Positions 1 to 12,004 are shown, numbered from the stretch's first letter. The stretch: DNA of 64,000 nucleotides from Phoronis australis (GCA_002633005.1 NMRA01000084.1:589267-653266), one strand, 5' to 3'. A program made the numbers and translations. The notes: a model not told the origin generated them from the letters alone.

Positions 1-507
1 TTTACTATACATCAGTTACAAACGTGTGGATTGTAATAGAACGACACGGCATGACAGATGAGGTAAAAACGTTGCACGTCAATTCGCCTGAATATCAGGG
101 TTGCGGCACCGCAGTATTTTCCCTAATCAAATCAAAATATATCTTAGAGTAAAGAAGCTAGTTACCAAAAGAAATCAGCTATAGAATTGCTGTTTCAGCG
201 GTGAATCCATCTAAAATGCTTGGCTACTTCAGAAGTGTCGACGGAAGCGCGCGCACAATAAATCCCCGCGCGTTTTGCCGATGAGCCACAAAGACTCAGC
301 AATTCACAATGCAAAAAAAACTATATTTTCAGAGTGAACCCCCCCTCAATTTTTTCCAAGTTGGTTAACTTGGGGTTTACACACGCTGGCGGTGCCGTTT
401 TTGTTTTGCTGTTTTGCTGGATACGCTTTTGTTTTTTTTTTTAATTTTTGGGTCCTGGCCCGAGGGGGGGTTTAAACCCCCTGAACCCCCCCGTAGATCC
501 GCCACTG
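1..507. mobile_element. Right end of a MITE/non-autonomous DNA transposon (CAGTGGCGGAT-type TIR, probably hAT-related); left end not seen in window
   Basis: TAGATCCGCCACTG at 494-507 is preceded by C/G-run subterminal motifs (GAGGGGGGGTTTAAACCCCCTGAACCCCCCC). It is the reverse complement of the CAGTGGCGGAT terminus seen at 60459. The start coordinate is arbitrary. Confidence 0.6.
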
Positions 508-839
508 ATTGGTTTCCAAAACGCTGCTGCGATTTTTTGATTCCTTGCTTGTTTTGAGTTTCAAGCTAAATAGTCGGTGGGCCAGATCTCATAGCGTTCA
601 CCCTTGTGAGTACTTTGGGGGGGCAACCTAGTTTTTTCTATGTGGCTAGATAATATACCCATAAATCAAATTCCAAAAAGTTCCCACGTCTACACTTGTA
701 CATTTTATTAAAAAAGGTGTTTTTGTTGCACAAAATATGATGCACATTCCTGCCACTTGATGGCGTTTTTCTATTGAATTGACCAATCAGAGAGCCAGAT
801 TGTATTGTTGTGCTTAGTTACTTCAATATGGCTGCTCCC

Positions 840-2992
840 ATGGAGTGTGATGCCTTTATAATTCAAGGTTTAACAAACAGCACAAAACTGTGATGTCAGA
901 GCCTAAAGAAGCTTAGGAAAGCTTCCTGACGAAAGCTGAATGACTGTGGAACTCTGTAGATCAGTAGATCAAAAAGAAGAAGAGGTGTCACAAACGGTTC
1001 TGCAGAAAACATCTGCATGTCCTGGTAGCCTACACAGTATACTGCTGAGTGCTGTAGACTAGAAGACCAAGTGTCAGACCAAAAATTTGAAAGGATCTAG
1101 AACGGCATAGCAACGTTTCAAGGCACCAACAGTAGTACTAAAGCTGAAGTTGCTGAAAGTGATACAGATGTTATCCAAGATTTCCAAGAAAATCAATTAC
1201 TTCCAAAATCTGAAACACCCAATTAACCTGAACAAGATAGGAACATTCTGAAACATGAGTGCATCATTTGTTAGCAGGAAAAGTACATTATGGGCCACAT
1301 TTCAAGAAGGAGAAAGAAGTATAGCTTTCAAAAACAGGTAAGTGTTTTTTAAAAATACATCTTGGTGTTTTCCATGTGTGTTTCAGTATTATCACCAGTT
1401 GTTTTTTAACTTGCTCAGCCCCTTGGCTGCGTAGGCCTTAGACAATACTGCTGACCCAGTAGTGACGATGATCATCATAGGTACTTCATATGCCGGATAC
1501 TTTTCGGCAAATTATGTTCCTATAAGTTTATAAGTACCGCGTAGAGAGATGCCTCTGAGGAGGTCGTTAATGTTTTCATTTGTTCCCAGTTTAAACAAAT
1601 ACTCCTGCAATCCTGCTTTTCGAACACTCCATTGAGTTGCCACATCGACACTGCTTGCGCTAAGGGATAATCCTATGGTGTTATACTGTGGGTGTGATTT
1701 TAAAGCACTTTAAGTCAAAAATTTTTGAGAAGGTTAAATGGAGTAGATGGTTGCAAACAACATGCCCAAGTGGCCGTCATCCCCTGCCGTAGTCTCAATT
1801 TTTTGTAAACATTAATTACTTAGGTAGCTGCAATGATAATTAAATTAAAGTGCCTAAGTGGCCATCGTCGCCGTCGAAATTTGAGGACGATGGAAGCCAC
1901 TGTCCATTTCGTCAAACGTCGATTACCTTAAGTGTAAATCGATTGACTATGGTTTGAGCATCTGATTTAAAAAAATTAAATTTCAATCACTGCACAGGTA
2001 TATCAGCTGATTTATTTTCAGCTGCATCTACTGATCTAATTATTAGACGATCAACATTATTAGGCTACAGATCAGACGGCATGTAAATTTGTTAGGCTGG
2101 TGGTGGATCAGCTCCTGATACGTCCGTCTGAAAAAGTTGCATGCCAACTCACTCATAGTTGAATGTTAAATTAGTGTTAACAGTTCGGGTTTTTTTCAGT
2201 TGGACTTGTATCGCAAGCAACAGCTCAGTCCAGAGCCCTGAATATGCAAATGAAATTCAAAGATAAAGACCTTGTGTCTTAGAAGCCAAGTACCACAGAT
2301 CATCATGCTGTAAAAAAGAGAAAGACAACGATTGTGAAGAGTGACGAATCCCCAGTTTTCAGAGATGTTTTTCTACAGTTTTGTTTGGAGTTCATTGAAT
2401 CAAAGCTTCTAGCACATGGAGATGTCATTTGCCTTTCAAAAATAAAGCAAGACTTTGAAGCTGTTCTTCAGAAAGCTGGTGTGCATGAAGTTATTTGGAC
2501 AGGCAATCTTAAGAAATATTGTTGAAGCTACTCACTGTTGTAGTTTGTGCCTGACTAAGAGATACGAAAGTGAATTGAGGCTAGTGTTCAATAATTCACT
2601 TGCTGACTCTAATTAACACAGCCCATTGTAACATATTTTGAATCAAACGTTTGCCCAAATAGTGCCCGCCTCCAAACAAGGACTTAGTGTTTGACCCTTC
2701 ATTGCCTGCGGGCTAATCACCAGTGTGCAGTGCTGTACCCTCTCTAATCGACCATAGTTGGCTCCTTGGCGGTGGAGCTTTGCAGTTAATATGTATGGCA
2801 ATGACCGCATCTCCATTGACAGTACTAAACGATGAACGCTGCAAGTGCAAAAAGAACATGTGTGCTGGGAAACTGAGTTTGTGCTGCAATGCTGGGTCAA
2901 ACTGTACAGAAATGTGCAGCTGTGACAACTGTAGTAACATCAGCAACACTGACTGCATAACATTGGATAGTTCTTTGACAGGCCAACCCTAA
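840..2992 (+). pseudogene. Decayed, intron-containing Academ transposase remnant (N-terminus plus C-terminal Cys-rich finger; central domains missing)
   Basis: Fragments read CIIC*QEK (~1259), DKDLVSLEAKYHR (~2262-2300), ORF 2334-2525, and ORF 2723-2992 PSLIDHSWLL...RCKCKKNMCAGKLSLCCNAGSNCTEMCSCDNCSN (CXC/Cys8-like). Candidate intron runs GTAAGT 1338 to TTTTTTCAG 2199. Multiple stops and frameshifts. Confidence 0.7.
1400..1710 (-). mobile_element. Possible 3' fragment of a non-LTR retrotransposon (RTE-like) inside the Academ intron
   Basis: The minus strand translates to ...DDHRHYWVSSIV*GLRSQG, loosely resembling the C-terminal DRxxWxxxVxxLC motif of RTE-clade ORFs, followed by an A-rich end (TTAAAAAACAA). 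The resemblance is weak. Confidence 0.3.
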
Positions 2993-3739
2993 ATAGACCT
3001 CCAACCCCGTTATTTCCTTTTTTGTATTAAAAAGTTAATTTTATTTGTTGATTAAGTCATAGAAAGTACATACTTTGATCATTGTCATGTATTTGTCTCA
3101 TACTGCTTAATAAACGCTGTCAGAATAATCTATTTTAATACAGTCTTTGTGCACATTCACAGAGATCATTCAACTATATTGTTTTTGTACTATAACATAT
3201 TTCTGGTGTATTATGCAAACAAGCTGTATTTTACACCATTAGTCAATGTTTTAGTCATTGAGGCACAAATTTTGCCCAGTCTCAAGTGTTTTGTGTTATT
3301 TTTGTTGCCTGACAATGCCAGAATAACTTCCTAGAAACATTCAGACTTAGTTTGTATTTTTGCCACTAGGTGTCTCTTTACGTTTTTTAAATTTCACTGT
3401 TTACAATTAATTTACAATAGTAAAACATGTAATGTGAGTGTAATATTGTTCAATACAATGGCACTGATGGGACCATATTACTTGTTTTACAAAAAAGTCA
3501 CCAAAACTGTTGTTTTTACAAATATAAGTTTACTAAGCTCTTTGGTGATTATTAGGTAACTTCAAACTCAAATTTCTCAAAAATGTGCAACTTTATATGT
3601 GGGAACTTTTTAGATTTTGAAAACACTCTAATAAATGAACTAAAAAACACCAAAATAAAATTGCCCCCCTAAAGTACTCACAAAAACCATTTTCTAGAGG
3701 CCCTACAAAATCTGGCCCACCGACTATAAAGTTACAAGG

Positions 3740-3794
3740 GTAAAATTACGAACGTAAAAATACGACTGAAAAATACGACCGTAAATTTACGTAC
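3740..3794. repeat. Four degenerate ~14-bp tandem units (GTAAAAATACGACC)
   Basis: GTAAAATTACGAAC / GTAAAAATACGACT / GAAAAATACGACC / GTAAATTTACGTAC. Confidence 0.75.
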
Positions 3795-5144
3795 ACATGT
3801 TTTAAATCTCACATGACCTGCTGACCAATTTCTCATTGAATATAATGATTAAGGTCGTAGTTACGAGCTAACCTCCATCTGTCACTGTTGTCTTTGTTCA
3901 GCACAACGCAAGAATAAAAAAAAATTTTGTCTTTTTCATAGTTTTTGTGTAGTCAATTTTTACCTAACCCTCTTACTCAATTTTCTGTCAATCTGTGACT
4001 GTCAGTTTGATTAAAAGACTCTAGGTGGCGCTACTCGGCTGATTATCTATCGATGAAGATGCCAAACAAACAAATATCATTCGCATTGCTACATCAGTGA
4101 TCGAAGAGACCACGGGAGGCAGTCCGATTGATTTTTTCTTCACGGATTATCAGTTCTATGGGTGCAACAATGAAAATTTATTATAGTATTACAAAGCTCA
4201 AAAACGTCAATTGTGATGTACTGGGGAGTTAATAATACAACCCTCATCACCATCTCAAACTTCAAAGCAGCAGGTTTTGTTCTAAAACCCCCTGCTTGCT
4301 CAGTTTTCGAACATCGTAATGGACTAAGAATCTCACGCACTGCCAACAGTGCATGCCGGTCAATTTTCCGACGCTTTGGACAGAATCCTGGATCTGCCCT
4401 TGAAAAGCTCCGATCCCACTATTGGCAAAGTTCACGCTAAACGTAACCAAGATCTTCGAGACCGCAAGTGAAAATAGAAAACGGTGGACACGAGCAGACG
4501 GATGGTGTCTGGGCACACAAAGGGGTCACGCAATGTTTCTTCTACTATACAAAACCGGCCGAATCTGATGGCATAATCCCCACTGGAATTTGCAGTTTCT
4601 GAAGAATAACAGATGCGGATACATTTACATATGTATTTACGGTTGAAAACCAAATACTTCCAGTGGTTTCTAAGTTACGTACTTTCCAAACCACTATTCA
4701 AGCAATTAGAACTTATCAGCAAAAATTTATGTAAATTCTGTGCATGCGACATAAAACTGCAGTTTCTTAAAGCTATGCTAGGTTTAGTGTATGATGCATT
4801 TCGACAGACAACTTCCAAAAACTGTATTTTGTTTGAAGAAAACAAGAGCTATTGAAAAACAGTCATTTAAAAAGTCTCAGTAGTATCATTGACTCTAGAA
4901 TCAATAGTGTAAAAAGTATGCTTTGAGGAAAACTGTACTAAGCAAGTCTCAAACTGAACATGAAACAAAAAATGCCAGTAAATATTGATAGATTTTAATA
5001 TTACCCATTGCCATCAGTGGCTAGGATTATTAGTCTCCCGAGACAGTCACAATTCAAATCTCTTCCAATGGACACTCGTACATGTAATTTGCGTCATCTT
5101 CCAAGCTCCCCAATTTCGCTCAGGGTGGACCCCGGCTCATAGCT

Positions 5145-5456
5145 ATGATACGGATGACCACGACATTAATAAGAACAAAAATTCTAAAGTGTAAAGCAGA
5201 AATTCACTTAAATCAAGATGTAACTGACATTTATACATGTAGCACGTATTGGGACAAAATTCAATCTTATCTTGAAGAAGACGCAACACTGAAAACTTCC
5301 TTTCCAATAAAAACAAAAATCCAGCGCTGGCTCGCAATTCCCACTGCTCATGAACAACTGCGAACAAACACTCAACAGCAAGGACTGCGTTTTTTGTTTC
5401 AAATACAATTTCTTGTTATTTTTTGGAAGATACTGGAGGCCAACTCACTAGAATAA
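5145..5456 (+). pseudogene. Possible relic of a hAT transposase C-terminal dimerisation domain
   Basis: TYWDK...FPIKTKIQRWLAIPTA followed, with frameshifts, by CEQT/STAR. This resembles the hAT consensus WW...FP.L...A...L.IPATS...ER.FS.AG. Confidence 0.4.
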
Positions 5457-5553
5457 AGTCTTTACAATGCAGAGCGCCAATAATCATGACCATGGACATA
5501 ACAAAAACACATCGTCCGTAATCATCTGTACTCCATCGCAAAGCACAGACGTG

Positions 5554-5687
5554 CGTTCAGTAACGCTAGGACCTACGCTAGGACCTACCTCAAATCTAGC
5601 CAAAGTCACGTATTTGAAATACACGGCAATATCTCCCGTAATCTCACGAAGTCTTGCTTTTTAGCGAGGTCCTAGCCTTATTGAACG
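5554..5687. mobile_element. Small MITE-like element with ~21-bp terminal inverted repeats
   Basis: CGTTCAGTAACGCTAGGACCT (5554-5574) vs AGGTCCTAGCCTTATTGAACG (5667-5687), 19/21 complementary. Internal duplication of ACGCTAGGACCT. Confidence 0.55.
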
Positions 5688-5769
5688 GGAGGCAGGATCA
5701 AGCTATCGTGAGCATGCACATAAGGTACACGTATCTACAATTCATCGTTCACAATAAAATTTCTCCTGT

Positions 5770-5975
5770 CAATGCACAACATCAAGGTAACATGAGTGTA
5801 GATGCCAACTAAAACACATTGCCCACATTAAAATGTCTACTCGCAATGCATATCAACACCAAGATACATGTATCAAGTTAGCATGGATATCATCTAAAAC
5901 ACATCGTTTGTACTAAAATCTCTACTGGCAATGCACAACGTCAAGTTATCATGGGCAGCAACTAAAATGCATCTT
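5770..5975. repeat. Three degenerate ~75-85-bp tandem units
   Basis: Recurring CAATGCACAAC..CAAG.TA.CATG....CAACTAAAA.CAT starting near 5770, 5844 and 5929. Confidence 0.5.
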
Positions 5976-6035
5976 TCTCTACAGCGCAGGATTGCTGACA
6001 TAAGAAAGAACAACTAGAAGATGTTGGAAAGGTTT

Positions 6036-6720
6036 TTAGTACCATTTCAGGGCCCAGCCATTCTCTCCTACGGCGACTTGATCAACTACGTAAACGACAA
6101 ACAACTCAAGTGATAATACAGCTAGCTGTGGCAGTAGGTAACGCATCAGACCTTTGTCTTGAAATGTGGTCGAACTGAGTCTCGTTCTGTAGTGTTGCTG
6201 AATGAGCAGCAACATCCAAGTGCTCATTTAGCTCAACGTTAGTAGAAAGACTTCGAGCACCCATAGCGTGTGCATGTGAACTTTGTATGACATTCACAGG
6301 ATACCAGTGCCAACTCAACCCTGGGAATTGAAAAACACTCAAGTTTTGCAAGGTCAAGACTTTTCAGAGGCAACAGTTAACCTTACTTGTTGATGACTAG
6401 TTTTCCCTCCACTGCTGTGAAGGCCTCCCATGCTCGAATGCCATCGGCGGAATACCCAAAAGTTTGTGAGCATGCTCATGCCTGGGATACTGTAACTTTG
6501 AGGCATTCACACTACATGAGGACACATAACAGCGTTTGACATCTCCTTTAAACTCTAGTGCGTGTTTCAGGTTGGCTGTGTTTTGAACGTTGATGTCTTC
6601 AATGACGAAGCATATGGTATGGGACTTCAGGGGCGCGATTTTCCTGTTACGGGCGTGTTTTCCTTTCTGACTTTGACTCAAGTCGTATGGAACTGTCCAG
6701 CTCTTGCACGAATCAAATGG
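6036..6720 (-). pseudogene. Degenerate DDE transposase fragment, Sola3-like
   Basis: Minus-strand frames give YDLSQSQKGKHARNRKIAPLKSH...DINVQNTANLKHALEFKGDVKRC, then NVELNEHLDVAAH and ENGWALK. These match motifs I recall from cnidarian Sola3-type proteins (YDFSxxQxGKxxCDR, HLDxGxH, GWALK). The family assignment is from memory. Frameshifted and truncated. Confidence 0.55.
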
Positions 6721-8155
6721 AATTCTGAAGTAGTCTCAAACCTTTGTGGTACTACATTAGACGACCCCAGAGGACTTCCCACTTCCTTAAAACAGCTAAC
6801 CAAAGTCACGTTTCCTCCTCCATCACAGGTTTTCATGGAAACTGATCAAATGTACACGAAGAAAAAAAATCTGGTTCTTCATATTTTTGCAGCGACAGGA
6901 AGTGCATGTAATCTCGAACCTTGAATTGCCATTGGATAAGTTAAACAAAACATGGGTCGTGTGTTTCAGCAAATTGGGGTCTCAAATTGGACATTTATTT
7001 TTTTTGATATTGCATTGGTGATATTACAGCTTATATTTTAAGCAAATTTTTTAACTCTAAAAATAGCCTCAATCCTCTTGTCAGTCGAAGTATGGCCAAA
7101 TCACAGAAATATCAAAATTTGAGGGCCAGCTTAGCGCTATAAGTATAAAAGATGTTTTTTAATGCAGTTATCAAAGTTCAATCTTAGGAGTGTCTACACA
7201 TGCATGGAATTCCAACTTCAAATATCTGTCGATATAGCAGGCAGATTAAGTAACATCGTGCCTCTTGTGACTGGCCTGAAAGGTGGTCCCGGAGTTTTCT
7301 CCTGATCTGAAAATTTAATTTCATCTGTTTGTTGTAATTATCATTTTCTTACTAACGTTACATGAATCTTTATGATCACCAATGCCAAACTTTGTAACCA
7401 TTTTTTCAAGACTGACTTTTGCCATTCAAAAATACAATTTTATTGACATAAAAAATGCAAAATATGCCTTAATTTATAGCCAAGTGGGTCATAACTCTGT
7501 AACCAAAGGTTGTTGAGTGCAAATATTGCAGTAATCTACTTCGGGCCAGCATCCCAATACATGCACAACATACATGTGTATTAGACATCTATGGATTTTG
7601 AGTATATAGTGATTTTTCGTTTTCATATTGTTTTATACGGAATTATTTCTTGAATATCAAATTAACAACTTTGACTTACGAACACAAAAACATAGGGCTT
7701 CATTTTGCATACAGCTAAAGTTGCTGTATATACTGGCATCAAGTTAATAACCCAACTGGTGTACATCTTCTAAAGTTGAAAATGTTCGCATTATGATTAG
7801 TTCACGACTGTTTTATTTCAACTAGTCTACAACAAAGACTTCAACTAGCATATAACTAAGATTTCAGCTGGTCTTCAACTAGAACATCGACAGGTGTAGA
7901 GCAGCTGCAGATAACAGTTTCCTATCTAAGTGTTCCCAATTCATTCCACAAACAACTGCTTATATACAGCAGGATCTCATAGCTGGCACAAGTCCATGGC
8001 CATTTACGAGAATCAATGATCACTGAACATGGCAGCTGCAGCAGCAGTCTATCTTTCTCAAAAAAGTAGGAAAAACGTTCGGTGCTATTTTGCATAAAAT
8101 TTAAGATTGAAGATAAAATTCCCAGTTCTTGGCTGGATTGTACGGAGCTCAAGCT

Positions 8156-8438
8156 CCGGAATGTAGTACAGTGTGGTATCGGTAGCTGTGTAGTACTGTG
8201 TGGTACCGGAGTGCTGTCTAATCAAATGCTTACAGGCAACGTCAGCCCTGGAGTTCTGCGCCTTCTGCTGTCACGGGGATGGTCTGGGGAGGGGATTAAT
8301 GCACCAGCATATCCCCAATGATCCTGTCCGTGACAGGTATTAGGTATCAGGTATTAGGTGTGGTACCGGAAACTATGTAGTACTGTGTTGTATCGGAGGC
8401 TGTGTCGTATTGTGTGGTACCGGAAACTGTGTAATTAC
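8156..8438. repeat. 27-bp minisatellite (TGTGTAGTACTGTGTGGTACCGGAAGC) in two blocks interrupted by a ~140-bp insert containing a hairpin
   Basis: About 2 units at 8156-8217 and about 3 units at 8358-8438. 7-bp GGTATTA repeats at 8336-8358. Inverted repeat CTGTCACGG (8268-8276) / CCGTGACAG (8328-8336) lies between the blocks. Confidence 0.75.
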
Positions 8439-8607
8439 GTGGGAGACTAGAAAGGGGGATGCAAGGGTCCTCACACGTCGGGCGCGTGACAGATACATGT
8501 AACTATACATGCACAACAGCACAGGGTTCACGCGTTCGGTTATTTACTACCAAGAAATTAAAAAAATAACGTTTGATTTCATTTGAAATCTCACAGACAC
8601 TACGCAG

Positions 8608-8640
8608 TATAAAAGGTGTGCCGTGTTAGTGTTATTCTTA
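8608..8640 (+). promoter_or_regulatory. Candidate TATA box plus initiator-like site at the left edge of the structured tract
   Basis: TATAAAAG at 8608-8615 and TTATTC (TTAKTY-like) at 8632-8637. The position coincides with the transition from TE debris to folded sequence. Motif-level evidence only. Confidence 0.3.
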
Positions 8641-11600
8641 TGTAGTACCCAAGGTCCTATTTGCGGAAGCCAAAGTGAATCTTTTGCTATTTGGCTTTGG
8701 CTGTTAGTCTGCTCTCGAGCTTAATACCGATATCTGTCCTTGGTCTCCAATTCCAGATAGATTTTCGTAGCGTTTAGGCTTAGTCTGATTCCGTGAAACA
8801 GTCTACGTCATCCATAGACTGGGTTTTAGCTACATGTAAAGGTTCAAGGCCAACGGACGCTTCGAGAAACATTTCCCAGGACAATTTCAGGGGTTCTACA
8901 TTGTAGATAGAGCCAAGTCAACGATATCCCTTGAATGACATCCATCAATCAATGGCTGAGTATACATGTACACGCACATATAACCTTTTCCCTGTATAAC
9001 TCATTTTTTTCTATTTTATTATTGTTTATCTGCCAACATTTTATAAAGCAATTGGCTGCAGATCAAACACCTGAGCATCAGTTTGAAAATTGCACCATGA
9101 AACTTGTAGGTAAAGCAGAACTCCAAATTTATGAAACAAAATTTTGGCAATATGAGAGTTCAACTGCAATACAACTGGAGTTTCATTAAGCGTTCTACTA
9201 GAACAGTACCAATCTCTTTTTTGGTTTCCAATCGCATACATGTATCTGTGTCAAGGAATTCTTATAGGAAGTAATTAATGTTGTTGAAATTTTGGTTAAC
9301 TTTTGTAGAGGTTTTATTTACATGTATAAATATTGTACACATTGATTTCTAGTTTTTATAAAAATCACAAGAGTTCACTATTTAAAGCTTTTACATGTAG
9401 TTGTATCGCACCAGGCGTTATCAGAGGTACGGTTCGAGTGGCAAGCGCTGTACATGTATGTATGACATACGACATGCATGACTATAACAAACATCTTTCA
9501 AATGCACTGTCTCAGACAAAGCCGCCAAATACATTGCCAAAATTGAGCTATTGGTGATGAAACTTAAAAATGAAATTGATGTTGATTCTTTGTAAGCAGT
9601 ATCACACGAGAAAAATAGCACATTTTTCTTCTGATAGAAACAATTATTTTTTGCCGTGTACATAAAAAACTTACTGGTTCAAATGTCATTGTTCCAAGCG
9701 CAGACCGAAGCACCACACCAGCGATCCTAACGCAGGATTATTCCTTAAATGTTGACCCAATTATATAGCCATACACCCGTATACATATACCTGATCTTTT
9801 AAACATAACAGAAAAAAATAAATGACGGATAGTCACGCTGACACATTTCACTTTATTCATGACTAGAAAGTGTGGTCGCTGTTTAAATCGTTACGTACTC
9901 CTTGCCGTACATACAATGCACAGTGCCCGGTACTCTGGCTTAGAAACACCTGGATCAATGAAGTTGAAAATGCCATTAAATGTCGTGCTATTTACGATCG
10001 TCAGTGATAACTAGTGTCTTACATCCAAACGTGCAATTCGATATTTACTCAATCTATGTTTTCGACTGTACAAATCACCGTAATAAAACGTTCAAAAAGG
10101 AGCAAATGCCAGGACTCAATTATCAAATAACGCTGCTACGCCTTGAGGTTTAAGGCAAATGTCAAACTTAAGATGGGTTAGGTATACTTCAATAGAGACT
10201 GCCGTGACATTTGTCTGCGAATTGGTTCAACGTATCCCTATTTAGTTATTCAGTTACGGATGGGGTAGTTAAAAGCAATGGACGGCAACTTGAAGACTAA
10301 GACGAGGAGTACTTGAGGCCCTGGTATTTTCCATCGAAAACAAAGATCTACGTGAAGGAAAACGAAGTAGTTGTCTCTAGTCGTGTTCGTCCTGTGTTTT
10401 ACTAATGCCTGCCGCAGCACAAGTCTGCTCATTCTCGGTGAAAAAACTACTAAGGTGTGCAGTAGGAGTACCTTATGTGTTCACCTACCCATTTCAGCAA
10501 AATGAAAAAGTCTCCGACGTGATCCATTCAGCAAACCACTGTGTCTCAAGTGTCGTCTTCGCCGGATGTGGACCGCCAGTAGTGACATCTTTGGTAAAAT
10601 ATGCATGTCATCTTACTTTCTGTTTCGGAGACAAGGTAAAGGTCTTCACATCGATGGTCGTACAGCAATACTTCGTCTCTTCAAAACAAAGTGAATGATT
10701 ACGAACTCAGGTACATTTAACGACGCGATGAAGACCGAAGTGTTTTCTAATATAGGGGTGAGTAGAAGCTTTTCTCCACTCCCGATATTACGGTTTGCCT
10801 TCACGTGATTCTGCGCTTTTCTGCACGCCTTAAAAAATGCCAGCCGCAGAATTATAACGGGAACGACATCACCGACTTCAATCTCCGTTGCTGCTTTTAA
10901 GCAGTGGCTGAATGCCATCGTAGGTTAGTGCTTTATGCCCCGGAAGCGACGTGTCTACAAAGGTATATATCCAACTCTTTAAAACTACAAAGGTTTTTCA
11001 ATTTACATTATGTTTATCTTTCTAATAACTTTGTCAGTATTGTTAATGATGTGCGTGTAACAAATTCATTTTTGACAACATAGCTGTGCAAGGGTCTTTA
11101 CGGAAATCTTGGTTTGAGAATTATCCCCTACTAAAGGGTAGTGTTTCTCGACTGGAACAAAACGCAGTGAAAGGGTGATTTTTCATGGAAGCTCCATGCA
11201 AATTTCTCCCCATGTTCGGTTACACTGTCGTACTGGATAGGGACCACAATTTTCCATCTGCACCATCCTCAAACTCATTGTTGATATTCCCCCTCCTCAG
11301 GAATTTGTCCATGCCAGACGCTTAAGCATCAACATTCTAGCAAGCGACAAGAATGTGATAATGTTTTTGGAGGTTTTAAGAGGCCTCTGAGGACACTGAG
11401 GCATCTTGACATCAAAAGTGGTTACTTTGGAGCTTTGGTGTGTCTCTTGCCACAGTCTTGCGAGGGAATACCCGTTTACTCCACTGAAAAATATGGCGAG
11501 CAAAGAGAAATACATTTGATCTCGAGCAAAAAGTATAACAAAACCAGTCTGTATTCCGAGAATGTCACGAGATTCGTCGGCGACTTAAATGTTCAACCAG

Positions 11601-12004
11601 AGCCCTTGTGCGCATTTGCGTACTTTGTTCTACTCTTATACTTATGCACGTTAATTTTCTTTCCTCTTGTCACTAGACCACATGGAAAAGTGACAAGGAG
11701 AGGGGATTGCCAATTTACTGTTTAGCTAGTGATGTCGCCTGCGGCGGTGTTGTAGGATTGGTATTGTGCTCTCTGTGGTATTTTCTCCGGGTGTGTATGT
11801 CGACTTTGTGGTGGTAGATTGGCTGTCGCCCGGATAGGTAGTGGCTGATGCCCTATAGAAGATCTCTTTATGCTTTGAGCTATAAGAAGATTTGGGCTTT
11901 GCTAGTTCCATTTTATTTCAGTTATCCAGATATCACATTGGTCAGCATTTTGATAGTCGGGCCCCATTTCACTTCCCATTGTGTTGAGGTGCGTGACCCG
12001 TGAA

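Larger units (their letters stand above)
571..3726 (+). mobile_element. Academ-superfamily DNA transposon, internally deleted/non-autonomous copy
   Basis: Perfect 17-bp TIR TAGTCGGTGGGCCAGAT (571-587) / ATCTGGCCCACCGACTA (3710-3726). Subterminal inverted matches GTGAGTACTTTGGGGGGGCAA (606-626) / TTGCCCCCCTAAAGTACTCAC (3661-3681) and AAAAAGTTCCCAC / GTGGGAACTTTTT. 4-bp TSD TAAA (567-570, 3727-3730). TAG...CTA termini, a 3-4 bp TSD and a C-terminal Cys-rich finger are characteristic of Academ elements. Confidence 0.85.

Noticed and set aside
8156-8438. CRISPR-like appearance of 27-bp repeats
   Set aside because: The units are directly tandem without unique spacers, there are no cas genes, and the context is eukaryotic.
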